Assembly: GCF_001194135.2 (NCBI RefSeq)
Contig: NC_068994.1
Location: forward strand, 18,664,156 to 18,699,796
DNA: 35,641 nt
Direction of reading: 5' to 3'
Source of the DNA: Octopus bimaculoides
Taxonomy: Eukaryota
This document shows positions 10,937 through 21,805 of this stretch, piece by piece (position 1 is the first letter of the stretch; each line of letters starts with the position of its first letter). A program made the position numbers and the translations under genes. Under the pieces are notes generated by a model. That model saw only the letters and a program-made list of their open reading frames with translations, was not told the origin of the DNA and ran no database searches.

Positions 10937-11422
10937 CAGGGTGTCCCAGAATTAATGATGATTTGAGTGAAATCGGATGCATTTTTTTTAAAACTCACTT
11001 TTATTTATGCTTATCATGTTTAATATATATATTAAAAGTCTATAAACTTAGTCTTGTTTATGATTTTATTTTTATCCTTGTTGGACCCTTCTTATTCGTC
11101 CATGACAGCTTTTCTTTTCAATTTGGCAGCAATAATTTTCTTTACCTCCATTCCCAAGATAGATTAATCGTTTAGCTGAGCTTAAAGAACCCATTTAGTT
11201 AGCAGCGCAGGAGCTAACTCCTGAAATGCTTCAAAACGTGTTTCACAACGCTAAGGAGAGATTTGAAGTATGCAGGGATACAGACATGTTGGAAATTTTC
11301 AATAAAAGTTTGACGTAAGATCTATAAATCTATTTGTTTTGGTAATAAACATAAAATTCTGTCAGTTTTTTTTTAATTTGCCCAGTTTCATTGAAACAGA
11401 TAGTTAATTCTAGAACACCCTG
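10937..11422 (+). mobile_element. Internally deleted Tc1/mariner element with a transposase C-terminal remnant
   Basis: TIR CAGGGTGTCCCAGAATTAA / reverse complement CAGGGTGTTCTAGAATTAA, TA on the right side; 11165-11280 translates INRLAELKEPI*LAAQELTPEMLQNVFHNAKERFEVCRD, the typical Tc1/mariner C-terminal helix pattern. Confidence 0.85.
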
Positions 11423-11559
11423 TAAGATGTAGTGTTGTTAGTTGTTGCGTTGCTCGAGTAAATATTAAAATCAAAGGTCTTATCACCATAAACATCCCAT
11501 CTTTTTGTTAAGCATATAGTGTCAAGGAGCATATTATCCAAAATGTATCTCTCCTTTAT

Positions 11560-11650
11560 AGGTATGGCTGTGTGGTTGAGAAGCCTGCTTTCCAACCATG
11601 TCACCTTGCGTTCAGTCCCACTGTGTGGAACATTGGGCAATTCTCTTTCA
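11560..11650 (+). mobile_element. SINE family A head fragment
   Basis: ggtatggctgtgtggttgagaagcctgcttt ccaaccatg...ttcagtcccactgtgtgg. Confidence 0.8.
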
Positions 11651-11936
11651 TTACAGCTCTATGCTAGACAAAACCTTGTGTCTTATATAATTGCCAAAAT
11701 AACACATACAATTCACTTATTATTGTCATATAATAAACAAACAGAAGTTCATATATGAAACTGATCTTTTTTCTACTTCAATTTTTACATTTTTTTCTTC
11801 TTATAAAATACACACATACAGGAGTAGTAAATCTATATATATAATAACACTTTGAATGTGGCTCCCGAGAAAGAGTAAAAGTAATTACCCGATCAACAAC
11901 GGGTATTACTGCTAGTGTGTGCGTGTGTATGTTTGG

Positions 11937-11942
<6 letters not shown>

Positions 11943-12003
<61 letters not shown>

Positions 12004-12006
12004 TAT
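11943..12006. repeat. (TA)n microsatellite
   Basis: Read directly from sequence. Confidence 0.95.
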
Positions 12007-12212
12007 CCCTTGAGCATTCAGATTACTCTGTCAAGTGTAGTGCTTATTTATTCACAATGTTTTGAATTAATCAGGCATTATCTTGTACCATTGAGATTTC
12101 AATGATATGATAGTTCATTTTTAGAGTAGGTGTGAGAGGCTGAATCTGGTCAGTTTAAACATAAAAAAGGCAGATTATTTTGGCCAAATATGGCTGGTTT
12201 AAATGCTAAAGG
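12007..12212 (+). mobile_element. piggyBac-type MITE
   Basis: ccct.gagcattcagattactctgtcaa...aaatgctaaagg. Confidence 0.85.
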
Positions 12213-12228
12213 AACACACACACACACA

Positions 12229-12379
12229 CATGGTTGTGCGGTTAAGAAGCTCACTTGCAACCATGTGGTTTCAAGTTCAGTCCCACTGTGCAGCATCCAG
12301 GACTAGTGTCTTCTATATCTCCAGGCTAACCAATGCCCTGTGAATGAATTTGGCAGATGGAAACTATACAGAAGCCAGT

Positions 12380-12415
<36 letters not shown>

Positions 12416-12610
12416 ACGCTTTTACTTGTTTCAGTCATTTGACTGTGGCCATGCTGGAGCACCACCTTCAGTCAAGCAAATCGACCCCGGGACTTATTCT
12501 TTGTAAGCCTAGTACTTATTCTATCAGTCTCTTTTGCCGAACCGCTAAGTGACGGGGACATAAACACACCAGCATCGGTTGTCAAGCAATTCTAGAGGGG
12601 ACTAACACAG

Positions 12611-12647
<37 letters not shown>

Positions 12648-12816
12648 CATATATACGACGGGCTTCTTTCAGTTTCCGTCTACCAAATCAATTCACAAGG
12701 CTTTGGTCGGCCCGAGGCTGTAGTAGAAGACACTTGCCCAAGATGCCACACAGTGGGACTGAACCCAGAACCATGTGGTTGGTAAGCAAGCTACTTACCA
12801 CACAGCCACTCCTGCG

Positions 12817-12859
<43 letters not shown>

Positions 12860-13037
12860 TCGTCCTCCCACACCACTAGAAAACTGATGTTGGTTCGTTT
12901 GCATTTCCATGATTTAGGGTTCAGCAAAAGAAACCGACAGAATAAATACCAGACTTAAGTACTGGGTCAATTTGCTCAACAAAAATCTTTCAAGGTGACG
13001 CCCCACCACAACCACAGTCAATGACAAACAAGTAAGA
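12229..13037 (+). mobile_element. SINE family A host copy (head 12229-12378, tail 12848-13037) split by a nested copy
   Basis: Head and tail are colinear once 12421-12818 is removed; the junctions lie in the central (TA)n. Confidence 0.8.
12421..12818 (-). mobile_element. SINE family A, full-length young copy nested antisense
   Basis: Reverse complement begins ggcgcaggagtggctgtgtggtaagtagc and ends ...gactgaaacaagtaaaa; CpGs retained. Confidence 0.93.
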
Positions 13038-13749
13038 CATATATATATGTTCATTCTAGTGAGCATGAAAGTTTAAATTTTTTTCACAAATAATTTGATT
13101 TCAGAAATGAAACAATAACATTCATTATTCTAAAATGTATAAAAAAGAAAATACCCATTGGCAACCTAAGACTCAACAGCATCTTAAGAAAACAAAATGC
13201 ATTCACATAACATTTATATTGAAATTCTTGGATTTCTTAATGACTAAAGTTATTTAATAAAATAAACTAGAATTTCTTAATTTCCTGCAAATTTTATTTC
13301 AATAAAAGTAATAGAAAAAATAATCATAATAAAAATTCTGAAACTATAAAATACAAAAACAAACCATTCCTGCAATTTGCTAAAAGAGTAATTTGGTTGA
13401 TATTTAATTAAATTATGAGGTTAAAGCATGTCATATGATCTACAGGAATTAATAAATCTATTAGCTAAAAGATTAACACTTGCTATGTTTTTTGTGGGGG
13501 GTTTTTTTTTTTTTTCCAATGAAGGGGAAAAACATATAAGTTCATATAAACTGAGATAGTTTGGCAAAAACTGAGCATATGAATTATCATAACACATATT
13601 AGTCATTAGCTGACAATATATATAGTTAATTCGAGGAAAGCATATCTTCATAAAGGATTATATAGTTGAAAGTATTCCACTGGTTTAATTCATATACTAT
13701 AATGTGAAAGTCATTGGTATATGTTCAGGATTATTGAAATTATCAGTAA

Positions 13750-14366
13750 TGAGGGAAAACAAGATGGAGAATAGATGGATGTAATTACTAATTTATTTGT
13801 ATGTTATATAAAGGTGACATTCTTTAAAAAAAAAAAAACAGTACAATTAAATTGATTGGAAGTTGAAAGCTCAAAGAAAAATAAATTAAGATAAAAAAAA
13901 AGAACCTACATATATGGTTCAGTCCTATCATCTAGCTGATGGGAATTTCCAAGGATTTTGTTTAATGCCAAGAAAGTTACCATATTCTAAACTATACTGT
14001 GGTATAGTTATGTATACATAACTTTTAACCTACTAATACTCTACACTTCCCTCAAAAGATAAAATGATTACCTAAGTTGCATCAGCTCCATATAAACCCT
14101 GATGAAACACCACCGTAATATAGTTAGAATGTGGCAACTTTCTTGACATTCAACAAAATGCTTGGAAATTCCCACCAACTTGATGACAGGACTGAAACAT
14201 ATGTAGGCTCTTTTTTCTTTTTTATCTTAATTTATTTTTCATTGAGCTTTCAACTTCCAATCAATTTATTTGAACTGTTTTTAAAAAAAATGTCATCTTT
14301 TTGTAACACACAAATAAATTAGTAATTACATCCATTTATTCTCCATTTTCTTCTTGTTTTCCCTCA
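13750..14366. repeat. Large inverted duplication, arms ~13750-13996 and ~14119-14366, spacer ~122 nt
   Basis: Arms align by eye over ~250 bp, with perfect blocks such as taaattgattggaagttgaaagctcaa (27 bp) and atggatgtaattactaatttatttgt (26 bp). Confidence 0.93.
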
Positions 14367-14449
14367 ATATGTAGATTATATTCATGCATCCATAGCAAAT
14401 AGACGAAGCTTCTTGAAACTTCTTTTTTTTTTAAGCCCCCCCCCCTCTT

Positions 14450-14646
14450 TCAAATACTCATATGTCGAAATGAACAGGAGTGATCATCATCATCACATAT
14501 ATATTTTGGTTGAAGCACAAAATTGTCGAAAATCCCAATGATGTTTGCAAGGATTGCTGGATCTTCCAAGCTTTTCTGAGGCTTTTTAAACGCTTCAGGT
14601 AAGCCTTGAAGCCACAATTTGTAACACACAATCTTAGCTACTGTCA
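14450..14646 (-). CDS. Candidate terminal coding exon of an unidentified gene: (V)TVAKIVCYKLWLQGLPEAFKKPQKSLEDPAILANIIGIFDNFVLQPKYICDDDDHSCSFRHMSI*
   Basis: Pyrimidine-rich acceptor atattctttctag, 65 open non-repetitive codons to a stop, then a long SINE-free AT-rich stretch consistent with a 3' UTR. No homolog recognised. A competing plus-strand exon (14478-14598, donor gtaagc) is also open. Confidence 0.4.
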
Positions 14647-15164
14647 CTAGAAAGAATATCTGTTATCAGTTGTAAACACACAAGGGATAAAGAAAAGCAC
14701 TACTGAAATTTTTTTTCCAAGATATTTCATTACCAAATACTTTTTTGTCTTTTTAATATCTCTGACTTAGTGATTTCTTCTATGTTTATTTGTGCCTCCT
14801 TTTTAACACCCCAAACTGACATGTAAATGAAGTTTCGACTAGCAGATTCTTAAGTTCTTATAGACATGTAACTAACAAAGATTCATTGCAAAGTGGAAAC
14901 CTAATAGACAAACTGGTCAAAGGTTGTTGACTATAGACCTGTGAAACTAACGAGTTATTGTGGCCAATGAGGGAATCTACATGGTTACCAGCTCTGAACC
15001 CAAAACCACTTTTTTAGGGTTCCAGCACTAGTGGGAGAAAAAGAGAAAGTTACCTTCAGACAAGACACCTAACCTGAGTGCCTGCGAAACATAGACACTG
15101 CAAATGGCAGCAAGGGTCAAGTAGATTAAGTCTATAAGATCCATGAACAGGAACAACGTTGGTT

Positions 15165-15335
15165 TTCCCACAGTTTCTGTGTGACAAATTGTACACAAAA
15201 ACATTTGGGGTCAACACAAGGTGATGGTAGAAGACACTTGGTCAAAGTGCTGTGTTGCGAGATCTGATGAGATATGATTTGAAACCAAGTCCTTGGAAAG
15301 CATATTTCCTAACTACAGTTGAGGTTGCATCCACA
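15165..15335 (-). mobile_element. Degraded SINE family A head
   Basis: tagaagacacttggtcaaagtgc and cagtttctgt motifs in antisense. Confidence 0.6.
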
Positions 15336-15559
15336 GCTGTGCACATATGCATGCTGCATGATTTTAATAGATAATGACAATGGAAAATATCTTAAGATAA
15401 CCTAGCTAAAAGCCATCTTCCAATGTTAGCTTTTTTTTTTATTAATTTTTCTTCTTGTTTAAGCAGACTCCACTTAGGAAGAAATAAACTCAGTAATGCC
15501 CTCTGGTTGAGGCATCAGCAACATGCTTGTTAAAAATGAAAAATAATCAAGACACATAC

Positions 15560-15589
15560 CAATCAGAGAAAGCGGGTGAGAATATAGAT
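15560..15589 (-). CDS. Candidate 30-nt phase 1-1 exon (D)LYSHPLSLI, or a 108-nt version from 15667
   Basis: Acceptor tacttctttcag, donor gtatgt, phase compatible with 14450-14646. Confidence 0.25.
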
Positions 15590-16296
15590 CTGAAAGAAGT
15601 ATCATAACACTGTTGTTAAAATGGAAAGAGTATAAAAAGCTGCATTCTACACAAACGACATGGCCAGCTGTTCAAACAGATGCAAAGAAATCAATTTCTA
15701 GTATTTAAAAATAAGATATAAATTCAGCTAAGAACGTCATAAAGAAATTACAAAGAATCAAAGCATTTGATTTTCTTCAAGCTTTTATATCATAACTAAT
15801 AAAAGATTTTTTTTCTTTGTTATTATTATTTATAAAATACTCATGTATCACTTTATAAAAAGGTAAATGTTTAAGTCACCTAAATAATATAATATGAAGG
15901 TTATGTGTGGAGGTGGGGATCTTGAAAAGCTTTGATTACTGGTTATAACAATTTTATTTCTCTATGTCAATAATGCACTTGTGAAAGTGCATGTACAGAA
16001 CATATGATTACTCTTTGTTGTCTATGTAAAAAAAAAAAAATCAATACTATGTTGACACATAAGAGAAAATATATTCACAGCAAACTGAATGGCTATTATG
16101 AAAGTGAGAAATCATAAACTGCCACATTCTAAAACAAGAAGGGAAAATATTTCCCTAATGTCTCAGCAAATAAATGAATGACATTAATGAAATATTTAAT
16201 TTTAACCATTTGCCTGTGCAAAAAAAAATTTCATAAGTTTAGTTAAAATGTCCATGCTTTTCATTAATCCAAGTTTCGTACATTCTGAGTAATATA

Positions 16297-16537
16297 TATT
16301 TGGAAGGCGGTGAGCTGGCAGAATCGTTAGCGCGCCGGGCGAAATGCTTAGCAGTATTTCGTCTGCCGTTACGTTCTTAGTTCAAATTCCGCCAAGGTTG
16401 ACTTTGCTTTTCATCCTTTCGGGGTTGATTAAAAAACTACCAGTTAAGTACTGGGGTCGATATGATCGACTTGATCCCTTTGTCTGTCCTTGTTTGTCCA
16501 CTCTATGTTTAGCCTCTTGTGGGCAATAAAGAATTAT
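16297..16537 (+). mobile_element. SINE family B, full-length young copy
   Basis: ggcggtgagctggcagaatcg...tagttcaaattccgcc head; 15-bp TSD attctgagtaatata (16282-16296 and 16538-16552). Confidence 0.93.
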
Positions 16538-16929
16538 ATTCTGAGTAATATAAAGCTTTCCTTTGATAAGTCCCAAGTTACTCTAAAGATTGAAAATAAT
16601 TGTGAATGTGTTGTTATATATGATGATTGGACATCAAGGAAATATTTCCTGTGTATCACATGTAGTAGACAAGACAGGCAAAGGGTTAACAAATTTAAAT
16701 AAAACGATCAAATAGTGAAAAACAATTTGAGTGACCAAGTAGGCTAGAGAGAATACTAATCTACGTGTCACAAGTTCAATTTCTATTCTTGAAGAGACAT
16801 TACTTTAATTCAACACATTCAAAAAAGTAGTGTTATTGTTGTTTAATCCTGGTCAATCATGTCATGAATGGCTGGTGTTCAAACAATGATGGTGCAGTCT
16901 TTATTCTCGAGGATCACATCATCCAATGT

Positions 16930-17146
16930 AGCATTCAGATTATTCTGCCAAATGTAAAGCTTATTTATTCACATTATTTCCAATTAATAATGTATTATCT
17001 CATAGCTTTGAGATTTCAATGATGCAATTGCATACTTTTAGAATGACATACAAGGGTAGGTGTGAGAGGCCAGATCTGGTCAGTTTGAACTTAGAACAGG
17101 TAGAATATTTGGGGCCAGATATGGGCAGTTTAAATGCTAACAGGGT
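16930..17146 (+). mobile_element. piggyBac-type MITE
   Basis: tagcattcagattattctg...ttaaatgctaacaggg. Confidence 0.82.
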
Positions 17147-17424
17147 AAGGCAGGTGTGGCTTGAAGCAAATTTGACTGCTAATTCTTGTAGGTCGAGTTA
17201 CTACAGAGGTTCCATTGTTGGCTTGAATTGAAACAATGTAAATATAAAAGATTAGATTAAATGAAATCTAAATGAATCAATAATGTTTCTACTTTGAATA
17301 CAGCCATTTCAATTGCAGATCAAAATACCTTCAATCTCATCTACTCTTTAATAGTTAATAACTCAAAACTGGCTGAACAAATGCCAAGTTATGAATCAAT
17401 TTCTTTAAAAATATGCACATAGGA

Positions 17425-17566
17425 ACAGGCATGGTTGTGTGGTCAAGAAGCTTGCATAGAAACCATGCGATTTCAGGTTCAGTCCCACAGTGTGGTACCT
17501 TGGGTAAAGTGTCTTTTACTCTAGTCCTAGGTCAACCAATGCCTTGTGAATTTTGTTAAGTCTGCC

Positions 17567-17597
<31 letters not shown>

Positions 17598-17780
17598 TGT
17601 GTATTCCCCCACTGTTTGACAACTGGTGTTGATTTATTTACATCCTCATAACTTAGCACTTCGGCAAAAGAAACCAATAGAATAAGTACCAAACTTCAAA
17701 AATAAACACAGGGGTCAATTTGTTTGACTAAACCCCAGTTTGGTTGAATCTCAATGATGGAAAAACAAGTAAAAGATAAA
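17425..17780 (+). mobile_element. SINE family A, older copy
   Basis: Head, (TG)n and tail motifs are colinear. Confidence 0.82.
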
Positions 17781-17923
17781 GATTCTTGTCCAACTAGTAT
17801 TTTACAGCTTAAACTTTCATGGAAATAAGATATATTTGTGCAAAAGTTAGATATGGCTAAAACAGAAAGACAGAGGAAATAAATCATATATAAAATATTG
17901 ACTGAGTTGATGACAATGCTTAA

Positions 17924-18131
17924 CCCTTTAGCACTCAAACCAGCCATATCCAGCCAAAATATTCCACCATTTTTGTGTTAAAACTGGCCAGATCTGGTCT
18001 CTCATACTTATCCTACAATGTTATTATAAGCAATCGTGCCATGAAAATCTCTTAGCTACCGGGTAATACGATTAATTCAAAATAATGTGAATAAATATGC
18101 ATTACATCTGAGAGAGTAATCTGAATGCTAA
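17924..18131 (-). mobile_element. piggyBac-type MITE with its right end cut by a LINE tail
   Basis: TTAA|ccctttagca left end; internal homology to the other copies. Confidence 0.85.
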
Positions 18132-18400
18132 TCATCATCATCATCAATTAGCATTGGTTTTCCATGCTGGCGTGGGTTAGATGGTTTGATCGGGACTGAT
18201 AAGCTGGAGAGCTGTACCAGGCTCCAGTCTAATTTGGCTTGCTTTCTACAGCTGGATATTCTTAACACCAACCACTCCAAGAGTGTAGAGGATGCCTTTT
18301 ATGTGTCATCAGCACAGGTGCCTTTTTACATGTCACCAGCACAAGCCACAACCATGATTTCACTTAGCTGGATATGTCTGCTCAAGCACAGCAAATTTGT
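18132..18400 (-). mobile_element. RTE-type 3' UTR/tail fragment
   Basis: (CAT)n followed by the antisense of the 6760-6947 sequence. Confidence 0.8.
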
Positions 18401-18674
18401 TTTGGAAACATTCTCGAGTCCTAGAAGACAAAAGATTCTAAATTTTGTTAAGGCAGATAGTGAGATATCTTAGCCTAAGGTAAATTTGCAGTTAAATGAG
18501 TCAATTTAATGCCACCCTACTAACTGAATGTTCAATAGTTTGTAATACTGTATCCTATTGTGGTGGGCTCATGCAATAGCTCAATCCATTGGGTTACAAA
18601 TAGGTAGCATGATGTAAGTACTGAGTTCATTGTGTTACGGATGAGAGTTTAGTTTGGTTGATCTGCTTAGTTAC

Positions 18675-19000
18675 TTTTTTTTTTTTTAATTGAAAATTTA
18701 GACAATTTAATAATTACATACATGACATGTATGTATACGATATGTATACAATACAAAACCACATTAAAATACAAATCCAACACCGAAAAACACAAACAAG
18801 AGCAAAGAAAGAAAAATAAATAAAAAAAAGAAGAAAGAATAAGAAAAACATCAATCGAACACTAAGCCCACACCATGGACGACAGCAAGGCTAAGATACT
18901 GGAACAGCCAAGCACTTTCACCAGCATCACCTGACATCTTGGTAAGGCAAGCCACCAACTATGACAAGAATTTCACTGTTCAACAGGTCTGGAAAAGGTA
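18675..19000 (-). mobile_element. Non-LTR retrotransposon 3' end with poly(A), probably L1/Tx1-like
   Basis: Minus strand gives a short open stretch CLTKMSGDAGESAWLFQYLSLAVVHGVGLVFD*, a T-rich 3' UTR and a 13-nt poly(A). Clade assignment is uncertain. Confidence 0.55.
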
Positions 19001-19061
19001 ATAGGAGGGAAAATTTCTCCAGTGTATTGTCACTTAAATGACTCCATTAAAATAAGTCCTT

Positions 19062-19222
19062 AGTTTTGTGTTAAAACTGGCCAGATCTGGCCTCTCATAC
19101 CTATCCTACAATGTCATTCTAAAAATAAGCAATCACACTATGAAAATCTCTTAGCTCCAAGATAATGCATGGTTAATTCAAAATAATGTGAATAAATATA
19201 CATTATATTTGAGAGAGTAATC
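19062..19222 (-). mobile_element. piggyBac-type MITE fragment, apparent local duplicate of 17960-18131
   Basis: Shares diagnostic variants (atgaaaatctcttagct, aaataatgtgaataaatat, gagagagtaatc). Confidence 0.8.
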
Positions 19223-19427
19223 ATACATTTTTTTATACATAATATCTGAGAGACTAATCATCATCATCATCATCATCGTTTAGCATCCGTTTTCTATGCT
19301 GGTATATTTGTATCCTTTGTAAATCCACACACCATAGTAAACTGAGAGAAACAGACATAATTATCATCATAGCTTTAGTAATTTAGAGTTATACACACAG
19401 CAACACGAATATTTGACAATTCATTAA

Positions 19428-19646
19428 CTCTTTAGCATTTAAAGCAGCCATATCTGGCCAAAATATTCTACTTGTTTAATACTCAAATTGGCCAGAGCCA
19501 GCCTCTCACACGTACCTACAATGTCATTCTAAAAGTAAACAATCACATCACTGAAATCTCAAAACTACAAGGTAATGCATGACTAATTCATATCAAAGTG
19601 AATAAATAAGCATTACCTTTGACAGAGAAATCTGAATGTTAAAGGG
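19428..19646 (-). mobile_element. piggyBac-type MITE, full length
   Basis: TTAA on both sides (19424-19427, 19647-19650). Confidence 0.88.
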
Positions 19647-20803
19647 TTAAATTTAATTAATTAAAAAGGAACACTGTTTTCAATAGGTTGGCTATGTTTC
19701 TTGTACCGAGTTCCTTATAGAAGATCAGTCTTACTCTCAAGAGAACTAAGTACCAATACATAAAAAATCATTATCACATGATCACAAATTTACATTCTAC
19801 TAATACGTTTTGAAGCAAAGCCCATAAGACTGAAATTATTTATTAAATAGTGCTAAATACTGGAATATAATAAGAGCACTACAATGAAGAAATTTATCTT
19901 ATTCATTCAATGCAAAGGAAAATCTGAGATGATATTTTCGCCTTTGATCTAATGCAACCAGTGAGTTGTTTAACAAACCCAAGGAAGTAATTTCAAATGT
20001 AAATAATTTTCAATAATTAGATCGCCATGTTTGTGACATTAACAATAGCTTTAATAGTGGAGATTAATTAGACCACTGATCCCCCCACCTTATGTCTCAA
20101 TATTTATATTCTTGGATCCTTCAGATCCCACTCCTCCCAAAGAGAGAGTATAGCCAATTTAATTTACTTTAATGTATTATGAGGGCATAGCTAGAAAATT
20201 CTTCATTTGTTTTGCTAGCATTGTTGTTTCTCTTGGATAGTTCAGCATTTCCTTTTTTTTTTGTTGTAGGTGTCTTGGAAAATCAAACAAGTGGGAAGAT
20301 TGCTTAAGACTGATAAGATTTGGTGAAGATTAGTAAGAGAATGTAGAGGTGTTTCACTAGACAAAGAATTGTATAAGGCATTCTCAGCCATGGAGGTGTC
20401 AATGAATGGTATCAAAATGCAAATATGCTTTAAAAGTGTCATTCCCCCCTAACTTATTAAGCCTGACTAACAGATCATCATTATAATGCACCTGCTCATT
20501 GTTTCAAATTTATCAAAATAAGGTTCTTCAAAGAAACAGTCTCCAGACTTGAAGTCTACCATATACCAAATCATTATTGTAATTCAGAAGTCAAAATTGA
20601 ATTCATGAACCGTTAAAACGCATTTCAATATTTTGCACTATGTTACAGAGAATTTCTGAATTGGGCTTTATGTGCTTTAGGACAGTAAAATAGGAATTTG
20701 TAATCATATGACAAGTATTTTTTTATATGAACTTATACATTGATATTTATTTCTTGTATGAATGCATCAGCTCAATCTATCAAATTTATCAAAGTTTCTC
20801 AAA

Positions 20804-20902
20804 TTGTTTTGGCAAAACATATACTAAAACTGGAACGATACAGAGATTAGTATGACCCCTGTGCAAGAACAACATACAAATTCATGAAGTGTTCCATGTT
20901 CT
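20804..20902 (+). pseudogene. RNU6: U6 snRNA retro-pseudogene, near full length
   Basis: ttgttttggcaaaacatatactaaaactggaacgatacagagattagtatgacccctgtgcaagaacaacatacaaattcatgaagtgttccatgtt aligns to U6 (GCTTCGGCAGAACATATACTAAAATTGGAACGATACAGAGAAGATTAGCATGGCCCCTGCGCAAGG...GTGAAGCGTTCCA) with CpG decay and a 3-nt deletion after ACAGAG; no PSE/TATA seen upstream. Confidence 0.93.
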
Positions 20903-21312
20903 AGGTGTGGCTGTGTGGTAAGAAGCTTGCTTCCCAAGCACATGGTTCCAGATTCAGTCCCACTGTGTGACACCTTGGGCAAGTGCCTTCTACTGTATCC
21001 TCGGGTTGACCAAAGCCTTTTGAATGGATTTGAGGAGACAGAAACTGAAAGAAGCCCATTATATGTATGTATGTATGTATGTATGTATATATATCTATGT
21101 GTGTGTCTTTAGCCCTCCATCACTGCTTGACAACTGGTGTTGGTGTGTTTACATCCTCGTAACTTAGTGGTTCAGCAAAAGAGAACGATAGAATAAGTAC
21201 TAGGCTTAAGAAATAAGTCCTGGGATCGATTTGTTCACCTAAAACCCTTCAAGGTGGTGCTCCAGCATGACTGTAATCAAATGACTGAAACAAAGTAAAA
21301 GTGTAAAAGAGT
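20903..21312 (+). mobile_element. SINE family A fused to the 3' end of U6
   Basis: Starts aggtgtggctgtgtggtaagaagc immediately after U6; full body and tail present. Confidence 0.9.
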
Positions 21313-21407
21313 AACAAAAATTTTCTTTTGCCCCCAACACACTCCGGACTCAAAGTCTGCTGAATCTTTAAGGCAAACCATTAAGTTAGAATTAAACTCA
21401 AGGACTG

Positions 21408-21600
21408 CAGACGTGTAGTAAGAAGTTTGCTTCCCAACCACATGGCTCTGGATTCAATCCCACTGTGTGGAACCTTGTGTGTCTTCTACTATAGCCTCAG
21501 ACCAATCAAAGCCTTCTGAGTGAATTTGGTAGATGGAAATTCAAAGAAGACAATTGTATGTGAATGTGTGTGTAGGTGCGTATGTGAGAGAGAGAAAGGG
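21408..21600 (+). mobile_element. SINE family A head fragment followed by (TG)n/(GA)n
   Basis: gtgtagtaagaagtttgcttcccaaccacatgg...ggatttggtagatggaaa-type motifs. Confidence 0.78.
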
Positions 21601-21624
21601 AGAGGGGGAGAGAGAGAGAGAAGC

Positions 21625-21805
21625 CATCATGTAAGTATTGCCTTTGATCATCTTCCATATCTGGTCATAGGGAATTATTTCCTTACTTGAAAATGTTGAG
21701 GGTTGGCAACAGGAAGCGCATCCAGCTGCAGAAAATCTGCCTCAACAATATTCCGTCTGACCCATGCAAGCATGGAAAAGTTGGCATTAAAATAACAACA
21801 ATGTT
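21625..21805 (+). mobile_element. RTE-related 3' tail variant
   Basis: ggttggcaacaggaagcgcatccagctgcagaaa...acccatgcaagcatggaaaag. Confidence 0.65.

Noticed and set aside
15640-15667. GHVVCVEC on the minus strand as a RING-finger fragment
   Set aside because: The residue before G cannot be Cys in this phase and the remaining RING ligands are absent
15588-15700. Plus-strand peptide IITLLLKWKEYKKLHST...KKSISS resembling family A DNA polymerases (POLN/POLQ)
   Set aside because: Purine-rich, poor acceptor, an in-frame stop just upstream and no other polymerase motifs in the window
20250-20440. Coding exon in the 20.2-20.4 kb region
   Set aside because: Every long reading has an internal stop or lacks a usable splice pair; only a short 63-nt plus-strand option remains, with no support
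20804-20902. Functional U6 gene
   Set aside because: Deletion next to the ACAGAGA box, CpG decay, missing 5' end and no upstream PSE/TATA
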